A DNA stretch of 64,000 bases. Origin: Cenarchaeum sp. Lineage in GTDB: Archaea > Thermoproteota > Nitrososphaeria > Nitrososphaerales > Nitrosopumilaceae. Below are positions 39,560-50,400 of this stretch, in pieces. The stretch covers positions 1,952,001-2,016,000 of the forward strand of contig CBDESU010000001.1 in the NCBI GenBank assembly GCA_965242695.1, given 5' to 3'. The notes under the pieces were generated by a model. The model made no database searches. It worked only from the letters and a program-made list of their open reading frames with translations, and was not told where the DNA came from. A program made the translations under genes and the position numbers. Every line of letters starts with the position of its first letter. The first letter of the stretch is position 1.

Positions 39560-40404
39560 TCAGCCCAGCGTAGTCTGTACCTTTCGCTCCTCTACAATCT
39601 CTTGGCATATCGCCTGGAATTTTTGGAGTGTGGTAGTAGGTATTCGGCCTTCTAGACTTTTGTCCTTGATCGCCTTGAGTTCATCGCGTTCCAAAACGGT
39701 TCTAAGCGTCTTTTTCACTCTATTGCGAAGATCGTTACGGTGTTTTCTCCCATGTACTTGTACTTCGGATGTACAGCCTTTAGAAGATCAGTCAACGTCT
39801 CATGCTTGGTAAGGTCAGAGAGTGACTTTGGATGGCTTTTACGAACCCAAGCCAGTAGCCCAACCATGACGTGCAGAAGTATGAGAGGATCGTCGTCACA
39901 AGCTGAGAAAGGGTAGAACAGCATAGGTTCAAACTTGCTTGAAAGACTGCTTTGCTTGCACAGACTTTGGTTAAGATGGTCATGCCCAAAATCGCCCCTG
40001 CCTTCGACAAATTTCCTTCCAAACAAGACAAACGGTAGATCGGTGTGGTTCCTTAGAGCGCCATAGTTGGAATCGTTCGCAACGTAGCATGTAGACAATG
40101 TGAGGCGTGCTTTCTCTCGGACGTCAATCCAATTGAAAAGGTGCTCTGCCCTAATACTTTTGTACCTATCATCCTGGTCACGGTCTATGTTGTTCCCGCT
40201 TTTACAATCAACTACGACTGAATGCAGGAGTTTGTCGGATACGACGACGACGTCCGGTGTCACTCCATCGGTTTTTGTACTGATCTTTTGTTCCACGAGC
40301 TTGACACGGTACCCCAGTTCGTACATGACGGAGGGCCAATAGTCGACGTTGCTGCACAGGCCGATAAACTTGTTCATAAGCCTTGTGTGGGCGTTAGCGT
40401 ACAA
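39560..40404 (-). pseudogene. PD-(D/E)xK-like protein with an apparent frameshift near 39749
   Basis: VTPDVVVV...VVVDCKSG. The ORF stops at 39715, but a shifted frame stays open (RKHRNDLRNRVKK...VQTTLG) to 39560. Start TTG at 40404 or 40440. Confidence 0.55.
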
Positions 40405-41518
40405 GTTGCTCCACCTGCCTGCACCTAATGAGGGTTCCAAAGCGATCCTGGAGGTTGCACAGCAGACGCATGATCGTATTGCCGCAGCTGTTCTCGGAAA
40501 GATAGACGCGCATCATATTTGCGGCGATCTCAAAGTTAATCGGATCGCCCGTATGAAGGTCGAGCCCCGCCACGCGGTAATACCCTTCATCAACCTCCGA
40601 CTTCAAGCCCCAAAGCCGAAACGGTCTAGTCGAGTCAAACAAGCGTGTTATAAAACGGTTTGTGTCCTGAAGCGGCTCTTTAAAGTCGAAGTGGAGGGGT
40701 TCGCCTCCGATCACCGTCTCGCCGTTATGACGTGACGAGCCAAGTCTGCACTCTTCAATCCCTTCAACCGTATTTGTATACAACGCTTTTGCCGAGTCGA
40801 CCAAATGGAGGTGATCTTGGACAGACGTGCCGCGCTTCACCGCAAAGTACCCCTCCTTGCCAATGTCATCATGGACATAGTCGGACAGTCTCGCCTCTTC
40901 ACCGCGCATAAGCCGAATTTTCCTATAAGCTATTGTCCCTGCCAGGTGTGGGTTTTGCATCATATGGCCCTCTATCTCCCTGGCCATGGAGCCATTGATG
41001 TTCATGTTAAGGTCGTCGACGCCGCGCGGTCGATCTTCATCGAGAAAGCCGCTCGCATATTTGACGCCGAACCCCCGAAATGTGCCGGCGCCAGACTTTT
41101 TGGCCAGGGCCTTGAGCAACGAGTCGGACAGCCACATTCTGTCTAGCGGATGTCGATCCATGTCTGTGATCGCGGTGACCGCCCGACCCGCCTCATCGGA
41201 CCGGGCAGTAGTGTGGAGCACGTGGAACCGCTTGTCGGAAACATCGGCATAGAATTCGCACACAGTGTCGCCGACATGGGTTCGCATGATCTTCATCTTG
41301 TCAATCCCCGTATCTGTCAGCTCCCAACTGGCACCATCCGACTTGCCCGACCGCGGGATGCCAGAGTCTGCCTCGACTACGTAGGCCTTCAGCTCGCGCA
41401 ACCCGTCTTGGTCATGCGGCCCGTCATCCTCATCCTGGGGCGGGCTGATCTTGTTGCCAAGATAGTCCATAAACTCTTTTCGCGTCTGGACCTTTGGAAG
41501 GGACAAATCGTGTGTCAT
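40394..41518 (-). CDS. Uncharacterised 374-aa protein, partner of the PD-(D/E)xK-like gene
   Basis: Long ORF in lower-GC DNA; overlaps the downstream gene. Confidence 0.8.
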   Translation of the reverse strand: MTHDLSLPKVQTRKEFMDYLGNKISPPQDEDDGPHDQDGLRELKAYVVEADSGIPRSGKSDGASWELTDTGIDKMKIMRTHVGDTVCEFYADVSDKRFHVLHTTARSDEAGRAVTAITDMDRHPLDRMWLSDSLLKALAKKSGAGTFRGFGVKYASGFLDEDRPRGVDDLNMNINGSMAREIEGHMMQNPHLAGTIAYRKIRLMRGEEARLSDYVHDDIGKEGYFAVKRGTSVQDHLHLVDSAKALYTNTVEGIEECRLGSSRHNGETVIGGEPLHFDFKEPLQDTNRFITRLFDSTRPFRLWGLKSEVDEGYYRVAGLDLHTGDPINFEIAANMMRVYLSENSCGNTIMRLLCNLQDRFGTLIRCRQVEQLVR

Positions 41519-41940
41519 CTCAGATCACCGCCTAGCGCATTCAGGCGATGGGTCGTGGCATCCCGCGCCCCCTTTCCATCCAGCGTCCCCTCCAGATCCA
41601 TGCCGGCCCGTGCTGCTAGCCACCCTACACACATGCAGGGTTGCCCCACTAGGCAGTATTAATACCCAACATGGCGCGTGCAAGCCGGGCTGTACAACCC
41701 GGCAGACTGCCGGCGCTCCACCTCAGTGACAGAGCGGCCACGGGGTGCATCTCCAACCTTGCTAGGGATGATCTCCTACACCCAACCGTGTGGCAGGGGG
41801 AAGGGCGGCGATCGGCGCACGGATGGGCCGATGCCCGCCCAGATGGCCCAGCCGCCGCCTGACCATCACGATTGCCGGAGGGATTACAGCTCGCACCTCG
41901 GCACTCAACCTAGAAATACCGCCCCTCGTCGCGGCCCCGC

Positions 41941-42978
41941 ATGGCCAAGATGCGCGCGATGGTCCTCTCCGAGCTCGGCCCCGTCGAGTCGAGCCCGCTC
42001 AGGCTCTCCGAGATCGACCGCCACGAGATATCCAGGCCCAACGAGGTGCTGGTAAGGATAGAGGCGTGCGGCGTGTGCCACTCGCAGCTGCACGGCATCG
42101 AGGGCGACTGGAAGGACCTCGGCATCCCGCCTGCCCTCCCGACCGTCCCGGGCCACGAGATAGTCGGACGCGTCGTAGAGGCCGGCCCCGAGGCGTCCAG
42201 GTTCGACGTCGGCGACCGCGTCGGCGTCTCGCCCCTGCTCGAGTCGTGCAGGAAGTGCCGCCACTGCGGCGAGGGCAACGAGCAGCTGTGCGAATCGATG
42301 GAGGTGCTCGGCGAGTCGCTCAAGGGCGGGTACGCCGAGTACGTCACGGTCGCCGAGGACTTTGCCACGAGGGTGCCGCTCGAGATGAGCCCCGAGTTTG
42401 CCGCGCCGCTGTTCTGCGCCGGAATCACCGCGTACAAGGCCGTAAAGGCCACCGAGGCCGGCGCCGGCGCAAGGCTCGGCATACTAGGCATCGGCGGCGT
42501 GGGCCACATGGCCGTACAGTTTGCCAGGCTTGCCGGCGCCGAGGTCACGGCCGCCTCGCGCGGCCAGAGGCACCTAGAGGTGGCGCGCGAGCTTGGCGCA
42601 TCGGCGACGGCGAGGCTCGGGGGGACGCCGGCCGAGATGGCAGGTGCCGTGACGGACGCGGCCGGCGGACAGCTCGATGCGGCCGTCGTCCTTGCCCCGT
42701 CGGACGACGTGGCCGAGGCGGCCATCAAGGCAGTCAGGAGGGGCGGGACGATCGTCGTCGCCACTGTCGGCAGCCTGCGCGGGTTCGTCGCGTTCGAGGA
42801 AAAGACCATACGGGGCACGCTCATCGGGTCGCGCCGCGACATGGCAGACGTCGTCAGGATCGCATCCGAGGGGAGACTCAGGGTCGTCTCCGAGGCGTAC
42901 CCCCTAGAGGAGGCCAACGAGGTCCTCCGGCGCCTAAAGAACTCGCAGATCGACGCAAGGGCAGTCCTCGTGCCGTGA
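41941..42978 (+). CDS. Zinc-dependent alcohol dehydrogenase (MDR family)
   Basis: ACGVCHS, PGHEIVG, CRKCRHC..C, APLFCAGIT, GIGGVG. Confidence 0.95.
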   Translation: MAKMRAMVLSELGPVESSPLRLSEIDRHEISRPNEVLVRIEACGVCHSQLHGIEGDWKDLGIPPALPTVPGHEIVGRVVEAGPEASRFDVGDRVGVSPLLESCRKCRHCGEGNEQLCESMEVLGESLKGGYAEYVTVAEDFATRVPLEMSPEFAAPLFCAGITAYKAVKATEAGAGARLGILGIGGVGHMAVQFARLAGAEVTAASRGQRHLEVARELGASATARLGGTPAEMAGAVTDAAGGQLDAAVVLAPSDDVAEAAIKAVRRGGTIVVATVGSLRGFVAFEEKTIRGTLIGSRRDMADVVRIASEGRLRVVSEAYPLEEANEVLRRLKNSQIDARAVLVP

Positions 42979-43040
42979 GGCCAGGCGGCGGCGCGGCGCC
43001 GCGCGCGGTTTTAATACGCCCCGCTCGGGGCAGGCGCATC

Positions 43041-43193
43041 CTGCACTGCGACCGATGCCACCACGCCGACATGGCCCACGCGCCGTCCGATACGAGCACG
43101 TCCCTCATGAGGCTCGGCGCGTGCTCGATACCCGGCTGCACGTGCCCCGAGTACCGCGAGGCCATCAGGCGCATAGACGAGGAGCTCGTCTAG
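43041..43193 (+). CDS. Small Cys/His-rich putative zinc-binding protein
   Basis: HCDRCHH..H...C....CTC; TTTTAATA about 25 nt upstream; only CTG or ATC available as a start. Confidence 0.55.
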   Translation: MHCDRCHHADMAHAPSDTSTSLMRLGACSIPGCTCPEYREAIRRIDEELV

Positions 43194-43238
43194 TGGATGG
43201 GCGGGGCGAATATATTGAAGTGTGTGAGGGGCACGCGC

Positions 43239-43502
43239 ATGAAGCAGGGCGGCCACGGAAAATCGCCGGACGAGGCCAAGAGGGAGTTTGACGCGATGGC
43301 CGCCAAGGTGAACGCGCTCGAGGTGTCCGCGTCCGACGAGTGGCAGCGCGGCGTAGCCAAGGTCCTCAGGGCGCTAGTCGACGGGCAGGCGCACGCGCAC
43401 GGCGAGCTCGGCCACCACAAAAAGGCCATGGACCTGCTCCTGCTCGAGATATTCAAGGCGCAGGGGTCCGGGGCCGGGGCGCAGAAGGGCGGCGGCCCCT
43501 AG
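43239..43502 (+). CDS. Small helical hypothetical protein
   Basis: AATATATT upstream; amphipathic helical sequence. Confidence 0.6.
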   Translation: MKQGGHGKSPDEAKREFDAMAAKVNALEVSASDEWQRGVAKVLRALVDGQAHAHGELGHHKKAMDLLLLEIFKAQGSGAGAQKGGGP

Positions 43503-43606
43503 CGGGGCGCCGTGTCGCTCAGCCCGCACGACGGGCACCTTACAAGTATAGAGCTCCCCAGGTCGCGCTCCTTTTTCATCTCGGTCCCGCAGCACGGGCA
43601 GTTCAT
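43499..43606 (-). CDS. 35-aa zinc-ribbon microprotein
   Basis: MNCPCCG...RCPSCG; TTTATT upstream. Confidence 0.6.
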   Translation of the reverse strand: MNCPCCGTEMKKERDLGSSILVRCPSCGLSDTAPR

Positions 43607-43641
43607 CGCCGGCGCGCGGCCCTCGCCCCGCGAATAAAGCG

Positions 43642-43980
43642 TTACCCCTCCCCCGCGCCGGCCCTGTTGCATGCGGGCGCGTACGCCGAGACGATGCGGT
43701 CGACGACCCGCCTCCGGTCGTGCGCGCCGGCCTCGAACATGGGCAGGATCGCCAGGTGCAGGTTCGCCTCGCCGCCGGCCTCCTTCAGCCAGCACTTGAA
43801 CCGGTCGTTCGACGTCAGGTAGTCGGGCTTGTCCGTATGCTCGCACTCGCCGGCGTACAGGATCGTAAACCGGTCGCGGTCGCGCGCCATCACCAGGTAG
43901 ACGACCTTTTCCATGGGCGGCCCCCACTCGGACAGGCCGGCGGGGCCGAGGAACTCGTACTGGAGTATCTGGAGGGCCAT
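43642..43980 (-). CDS. Hypothetical protein
   Basis: MALQILQYEFLGP...; globular composition. Confidence 0.7.
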   Translation of the reverse strand: MALQILQYEFLGPAGLSEWGPPMEKVVYLVMARDRDRFTILYAGECEHTDKPDYLTSNDRFKCWLKEAGGEANLHLAILPMFEAGAHDRRRVVDRIVSAYAPACNRAGAGEG

Positions 43981-44442
43981 GCAGGCCGGGCGCGCCGGCG
44001 GGCGGATTTTTGTGTTTCTAGGCAGCCCGCGGCGCATGCCGCATGCGGGGCCCGGGCGGCCCTCAGGGGCGGGGTGGTGGAGCGGAGGGGCTCGCGCGCG
44101 CACCACTCCCCGCCTCGCCCCGCGCCCTGCGGGCGTGATCCGGCAGAGGGCGCGCAGTGCACGCAAGAATGCTGCGGCCGGATGAGGATGGCGGCAGTCG
44201 ATGCCGTCTCCGGGGCTCGGCAACGCTAGGCTCCGGCCGCGGCGGCGCGCCGTGCAGGGCGGGGAAACCGCGGCGGCCGCGCGTCGCGGCCGAGCGGCAA
44301 GGCCCGCGCCCATTCACGCGCATGCGCGGAGCGCGGCGGAACGGGAAAAAAGGCGGCGCGATGCGGCAGTAGGGCCGCCGCTTCCCCGAAGGGAGGGGCA
44401 TGGAGCCAGCAGGAAGCGCAACCTGCGGCGCCCCCGCGTCGC

Positions 44443-47400
44443 CTAGTTGCACGAGACAGAGTACTCCAGGGTCTGCGACATCGTGCCGGCGGCGAGCGCC
44501 GGCATCGACGAGAGGTCGACGACAAACTGCACTGCGATTTCCTCGCCGGGACCGAGCGACGAGCCGGACAGCGCGGTCGAGGCCCCGAGGCCGGCGTACT
44601 CGGCGCCTGCACCCTGCACCATGCGGTACATCGTAAGGCCGCGGTCTAGCGCAGTCGACGGCTGGGCGGTTGCGTTGGCGGCGGCGGCAGGTCTGTGCTC
44701 CCACATGCCGGCCGAGACGGACACGCCGGCGTCGCCGTACGCCGTGGTGCCCGTATTGAGCACCGTCTGCGTGTCGGCCCGCGAGCGCTGGCCGGGCATT
44801 AGCGGGCCAAAGTCCGTAGCGGCCTTTTCGAGATCGATGCTGCACGTTCCGGCGCCCTCGCGCGGCTCGCCGATGCGGCTCCACGAGCCGTCGGCGCCGA
44901 CGGCAGATACAGAGTACCTTGCCGGCATGGCCAGGTCGCCGTTGGCGTCGAGTATGATCCTCCCGCCCAGGGCCGATCCGGCATACTTGCGCGCGGCCTC
45001 GGCCATATTTGCAGACACGTCGGACGGGGCGGCGTCCCGCGGCGCGGTCGAGCCCGCGGCGGCGATCGAGCGGCCGAGCAGGAACGCCGCGTCGTACGCC
45101 GCGTACGCGGGTCCCCTAGTCGAGTCGTCCAGTACAACGGAGGACATGGCGGCCATTAGCCGCGCATCGACCACATCGCTCGGCGCCGCGTGCTGCGACA
45201 TCACGGCAAGCCCGGTCGCCCTTGCAAGGCCGGGCGGCGGCATGCCAAGCTCGGCCCTGGCCAGCTCGCCCGTGGCGTACCAGTTTGCGCCGGGGCTTGC
45301 GCTGCCGGCAGCCGGCGTCCCTGCAAGGGCCGCAAACGCGCCGGCCCTGCCCGTGTAGACTACCGCCGTCGAGTTGGCCAGAGTGCCGCCCCCATCAACG
45401 GCGGCGTTTACGGCCTCCATTGCGGCGCCGGCCCAGCCCTCGTCCTCGGATGCAGAGTCGTACGAGACGACCTGTACGGTCCTGCCGCCGGCCGACGCAT
45501 CCGACGACGGGGATGCAAGGGCGGCGGCCATGCTCATGCTCTGCAGCGATGCGCTGTCGTTTAGCACAACGACCCTCGATGTGTCGCCGCCGAGCAGCCC
45601 AGCAAGCACGCCGGCGGCCGTGCCGTCCGGAGGGGCAAGGCGGAAGAGCGAGTCGGCGGCGGCAAGCGCTGGCACGTCGGCCGTCGAGGTCGGCGAGACG
45701 ACTGTACCAGAGCCGCCCGTCGGGTCAGCCGCGGCTGCCGCATCGCCGGCTGCCACGAGCAGGTGCGACGGCGCGCCCGGCGGGTAGTGGCCGGCCCCGA
45801 ACACCAGGTCGTCGGCCGTGCCGGCCACGCCGTCAGGGCCGTTGTGCAGTACGATGATCGAGCGCTTGGACTGCATCTCGCCGCCGGCCGCCGGGTTTGC
45901 AAACTCGTACGTCCACCACTTCCACCTAGCCTCGGGGTACCCCTCGATACCCTCCGACGCGGTCCCGTCGTCAAAGTCGTACAGCGCGCGCAGTCCGTCG
46001 GCTCCGCCCGCAATGCCGAGCACGACGTCGGCCCGCCCGACGAGCGAGGGGTTTGCGCCGTGGGCGACCAGGGTCCCGTTCCGGTTCGTCGCGAATGGAT
46101 AGTGGCCGTATTCGGCCCCCATGGCGCTTATCGCCTCTAGGCCGCCCGTCGCGTTCCCGTCGTACAGCGCGATCGCCCGCGCGATCGAGTTTTCCAGGAC
46201 GGGGCGCATCCTCTCGTCGTCGTTGGCGCCGGTGCGGAGCGCCTCGAGCGCCGCCGTGTGCGCGTCCGAGTCGGCCAGGTCGGGCGAGGCGACCGTGTAC
46301 GGAACCGGTTCGATCCCGACCAGCCCGCCCATGCGCGCCTGCCCCTCGTTGTAGGCCTCGGCTCCGGCGGCGAACCCGACGGCCGCCGCCGCGTCGATCG
46401 AGCGCACGGGCGATCCCGGCGCGTCCGCCACTACGACGCCTACCCTGACGGGGCCGCCGTCGTCGATCGCCGGCGCGTACTCTACGCTTGCGCCCGGAGT
46501 GGCTGCAATTCCTGTTCCGGCCGCCACGGATGCCGCGTGTCCCGGATAGTAGTTGCTGCGGGCGGCGAGCGTCCCGCCCGCGCTGTTGGCAACGAGTGGG
46601 GCCGTGTTTGTCGCGTCGATCGTATTGTGGCTGAACCGCACGTCGTTTGCGCCGTCGGGCGAGCCGAGCGGGGCCGCGCCGACCGCGACGGGATCGCCGC
46701 CCGTCCCGTCGGCCGCGTCCGCCCCCGGATCGCAAGTGCCGGCGCACACGGAAAGCGCGCCGGCGCTGCCCGATATGCGGTTGAGCGCGACGACGACGTC
46801 GTCCGAGCCCGACCAGACCTCGATTGCGGCGCCGGCCAGGCCGTCGTGCGCCGGCGCGCCGTCCGGCGGCATGTGCGGCGCGGCGTTGGCGCCGATTATG
46901 GTGTTGCTGCGGACGTCGACGTTCCGGGACGGCAGTATCCGTATGCCGTCGTCGGGCACGCCCTCTATGTGGTTGCCCTCTATGACGAGCCCGTCGGCGC
47001 CCGCCACCCTCATTCCCGTGTAGGTCGTCCCGAAGATGTAGTTGTCCCGGATGGTCGCGTTTGCGAGCTCGGTCGTGCCGGCCGTGAATGGCCCGTGCCT
47101 TCCGGCCACTATGGCGTCGGCCCTGTCGGGGGCCGACGGCGACATGCAGCCAGCCGAGTTGGACCCGATGTCGTAGAACCTGTTGCCGGATATGGTCAGA
47201 TCTGCGATAGGCGGGGCGCCGGCGTCGGCCGCCGCGCGGATGCCGCTGTCGCACGTGTCGCGGAACGTGTTGCCCTCTATTGTGACCGGCGCGGCGCCGG
47301 CGGCTGAGCCGGTCTTGGACAGGACGGTTATCGAGGCCAGGCCGCCCGCGCCCGACGTGTGCGACGTGTTCATGAACGCGAGGTTGCGGATTGTTATGGG

Positions 47401-50400
47401 GCCGGCGGCGGACGGCTCGACTATGATGTGCGAGTAGCCGGTAAAGACCGGCCGGTCGTCGGGGTCGGCCGCCTCTATCGTCAGCGGCTTGTCGACTATC
47501 AGAACCTCGGCGCGGTACTCGCCCGGCTGCACCTGGACGGTGCCTCCCGGCGGGGCCGACGAGACCATGGCCTCGAGGGCAGAGGCGGCGCGGGCCGTCC
47601 CAAACTTTGTCAGGTGGTACGTGTGTATGACCTTGTCGCCGCCAGAGTCGCGCTGGCACTCGCCCGACCCGCCGAGCTGCGCGTGCACTGCGGCCGTGTC
47701 GTCGGCCTCGCATACGGCCGCAATCGGCACTACCGAGCCGTCCGACGTGTTCACGTAGAACGCGCTGCCGCCGGCCTGCCCGTCGAGTACGATGCGGACC
47801 GGCAGGTCGAAGACGATTCGGGTCTCGCTGTCGCCGACCTCTACGACCTGCAGCACCTCTAGGCCCGAGGGGGCGGCATCGCCGAGCGCCTCGGCGACCT
47901 CCTGAACGGTCGGCCTGTCGGGCGAGACGTACAGCTCTAGCAGGCCGTCTGCGGGAACCATCGTGGCCGTGACGTTTGGCGGGAAGTGGACCTCGGCAAA
48001 CGATGCGACTATTGCGACCGTATCCGTGCCGGGAAGCCTCACCGTGTTCGTCCCGTTCTCCTCGAGCGGCATCTCGGCGAGCGACGAGACGTTGACGGCC
48101 GGGCGGACCGTCTCGCCGCCGTCGACGACGTCGACTTGGCGGACAAAGCCGTCCCGCTCGATGGCCACGACGGGCGCATCGCCCGTCGGCGCCACCGTGA
48201 CGGCGAACGTGCCGGCCCTCACCGGTATCGTGTCGTCGGTAAACGTCTGCGGCGTGCCGCCGGCGCTGCGCCCCTCTAGGTCAGTGTTGAGCGCGATCGT
48301 GCCCGTGTCGCTGCGCGAGACGCCGGGCCCGCCAAACCGCACCGTGTGCGTCGCGGTGCCCAGGCCGTCCACATCCGTCGGCGATGCGGTCGTCCCGTCG
48401 GACAGCTCGATCGTCCCGTACACGTCGCCCGTGTAGCCGCTCGGTGGGCCGAGCGGCGCCGTATAGTCGATGCGGATGGTATTCCTTGCCGAGAATGCCG
48501 CCTCGGCGGCAGTCTCTGTCGTATCCCTGTCCAGTATGACTATACGGCCGCCGCTCGTCTCGGCAAGCGATGCGCCCGTCCCCGCGCCGGGCAGCCCCGG
48601 CGCCGCATCGTTGCCGGCCATGTCCCTGATCGAGGCGCCGCCGGCGAGGATCAGATCCGTAGCGGTGTTTGTCAGCGGGTCGGCAGTATCGCCACCCTGC
48701 ACCGTGTACTCGAAGGCGATGCGACTCGTGCCGTTCCCGCCCGAGTACGATGCGGCCGAGCCCGGCAGGTCCGTCGCCAGCGGGAGGGTGGGCGTTCCGC
48801 CGGCCACGACCACATCCTCGCTGAACGCCGCTATAATCTCGATCGCGCTGCCCGGATAGTACGATCCCGCGGGTGTCGTCGTTGTAATGTTCACGACGTA
48901 CGGGCGCACGCTGTCGATTGCCGGAACGCGGCCTATGGCAGGCAGCTCCAGCACGGCATCGGGGTTTGGCTCGGCGTCGATCAGGGCACCGTTGAGATCC
49001 ATGCGGACCAGCATGTCGGGGCCGAGCCGATCGTCCTCCCTTACCGTGTACTCAAAGCTGAGCGTGTTTCCCGAGGCGCCCCTGTACACCGCGGTGCCCG
49101 TCCCGGTCGCTGATCCCGTCGACAAGAGGAGCGACGGCTTTCCGTGCAGCGTATTCACGACCGTATCCTTGCTGAACGTGGCCGCGATGCCCACCGCATC
49201 GCCGATTCCCTGCACGCCGGGGGACGGAATCGGCGACACGCTGGCTATGGACCGCGCCGTCGTAGAGTAGTCGACCGTATCGGGGCTGCGTATCTGCTCC
49301 GGTGCGATCATACCCGGGTAGTAGTTGTTCGTCGCATCCAGCACGCCCGTCGCGTTGTTGGCGATCAGGTCGGCGCCGTTCAGGCCGTTGTCGCCCGATA
49401 TCGCGTTCCAGTTGAACGCAAAGTTGTTTGCGGTCACGTTGATGCTGTAGCTCCCAAAGCCGCCGTCGTCGTACGCAGGGAGCAGTATGTTGCGGACCTT
49501 CCACCGGTCGCGGTTGTCGGGGCCGCTGTGGATCACGCCGTCGCTCTCGGTGGCGCACGTGCCGGCGCATGCGACGAACGCGCCGCCGCTGCCCCTGATC
49601 GCGTTGTCCGTTGCGGTCACGCCCTCTAGGTTGGCCCACACCTTTATGGCCGCGCTCGGCGTCGGCTTTTCGTAGTGGGGCCTTGTAATGTTGCCGCCGA
49701 GCGATTTTCCATCCAGTCCGATTGCACCGTAGTACGACAGCTCGCCGCTGCCCTCTACCCCGTCGAGGTAGTCCATGTCCGGCTCGGTGTTGGCGTTGAC
49801 GATCGTGTTTGCGCGAATCAGCACGTCTGACTCGTCGTAGTTCTTGTTGTGCGCAAGCGCAATGCCCGCCTCGGGCGTGTTCTGTATCGTGTTGCCGACG
49901 ATCCGGACGTCGTCGGGGTTGAACACCCGGATGCCGGCCGAGCTCGTCCTGCGTATGTCGTTGTAGGAGATGTCGGCGTTCCTCACCTCGTCCTGGCCCG
50001 GGTGGAACGACAGGCCGATCCCGCCGTGCGTGTACAGCCACTCGTCCTCGCCGCCGGTGTTGAGCGGCTCGGTCTTGCCCGGCGCGATCTTGGTGCCGAC
50101 GTTTGCGAGCTCGTTGAACCTTACCTTTGCGTTCTCGAGCCCCTTGCCGCCCTTTGTCTGCACCGCGGCGTGGCACGTGTCCGCAAAGCGGTTGTCCTCG
50201 ATCACGATGTTCTCGAGCTTGATCCGGTTGTGTATGCCGATGTGGTTGTAGGGCAGGCCCGGCATGCAGTCCGTATCCTCGAACGACAGGCCCCGTATCG
50301 TGACGCCGCTCGACTCTACCTGTATGCGGGAATATCCGGTGAACGTTGCGGGCCCCGCCTCGCCCGTCGTCGACGTGAGCGTGAGCGACTTGTTTATCAC

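Noticed and set aside
41892-41903. 12-bp match cgcacctcggca with ~63799
   Set aside because: The second copy lies in DUF3800-like coding sequence; a match this short is expected by chance
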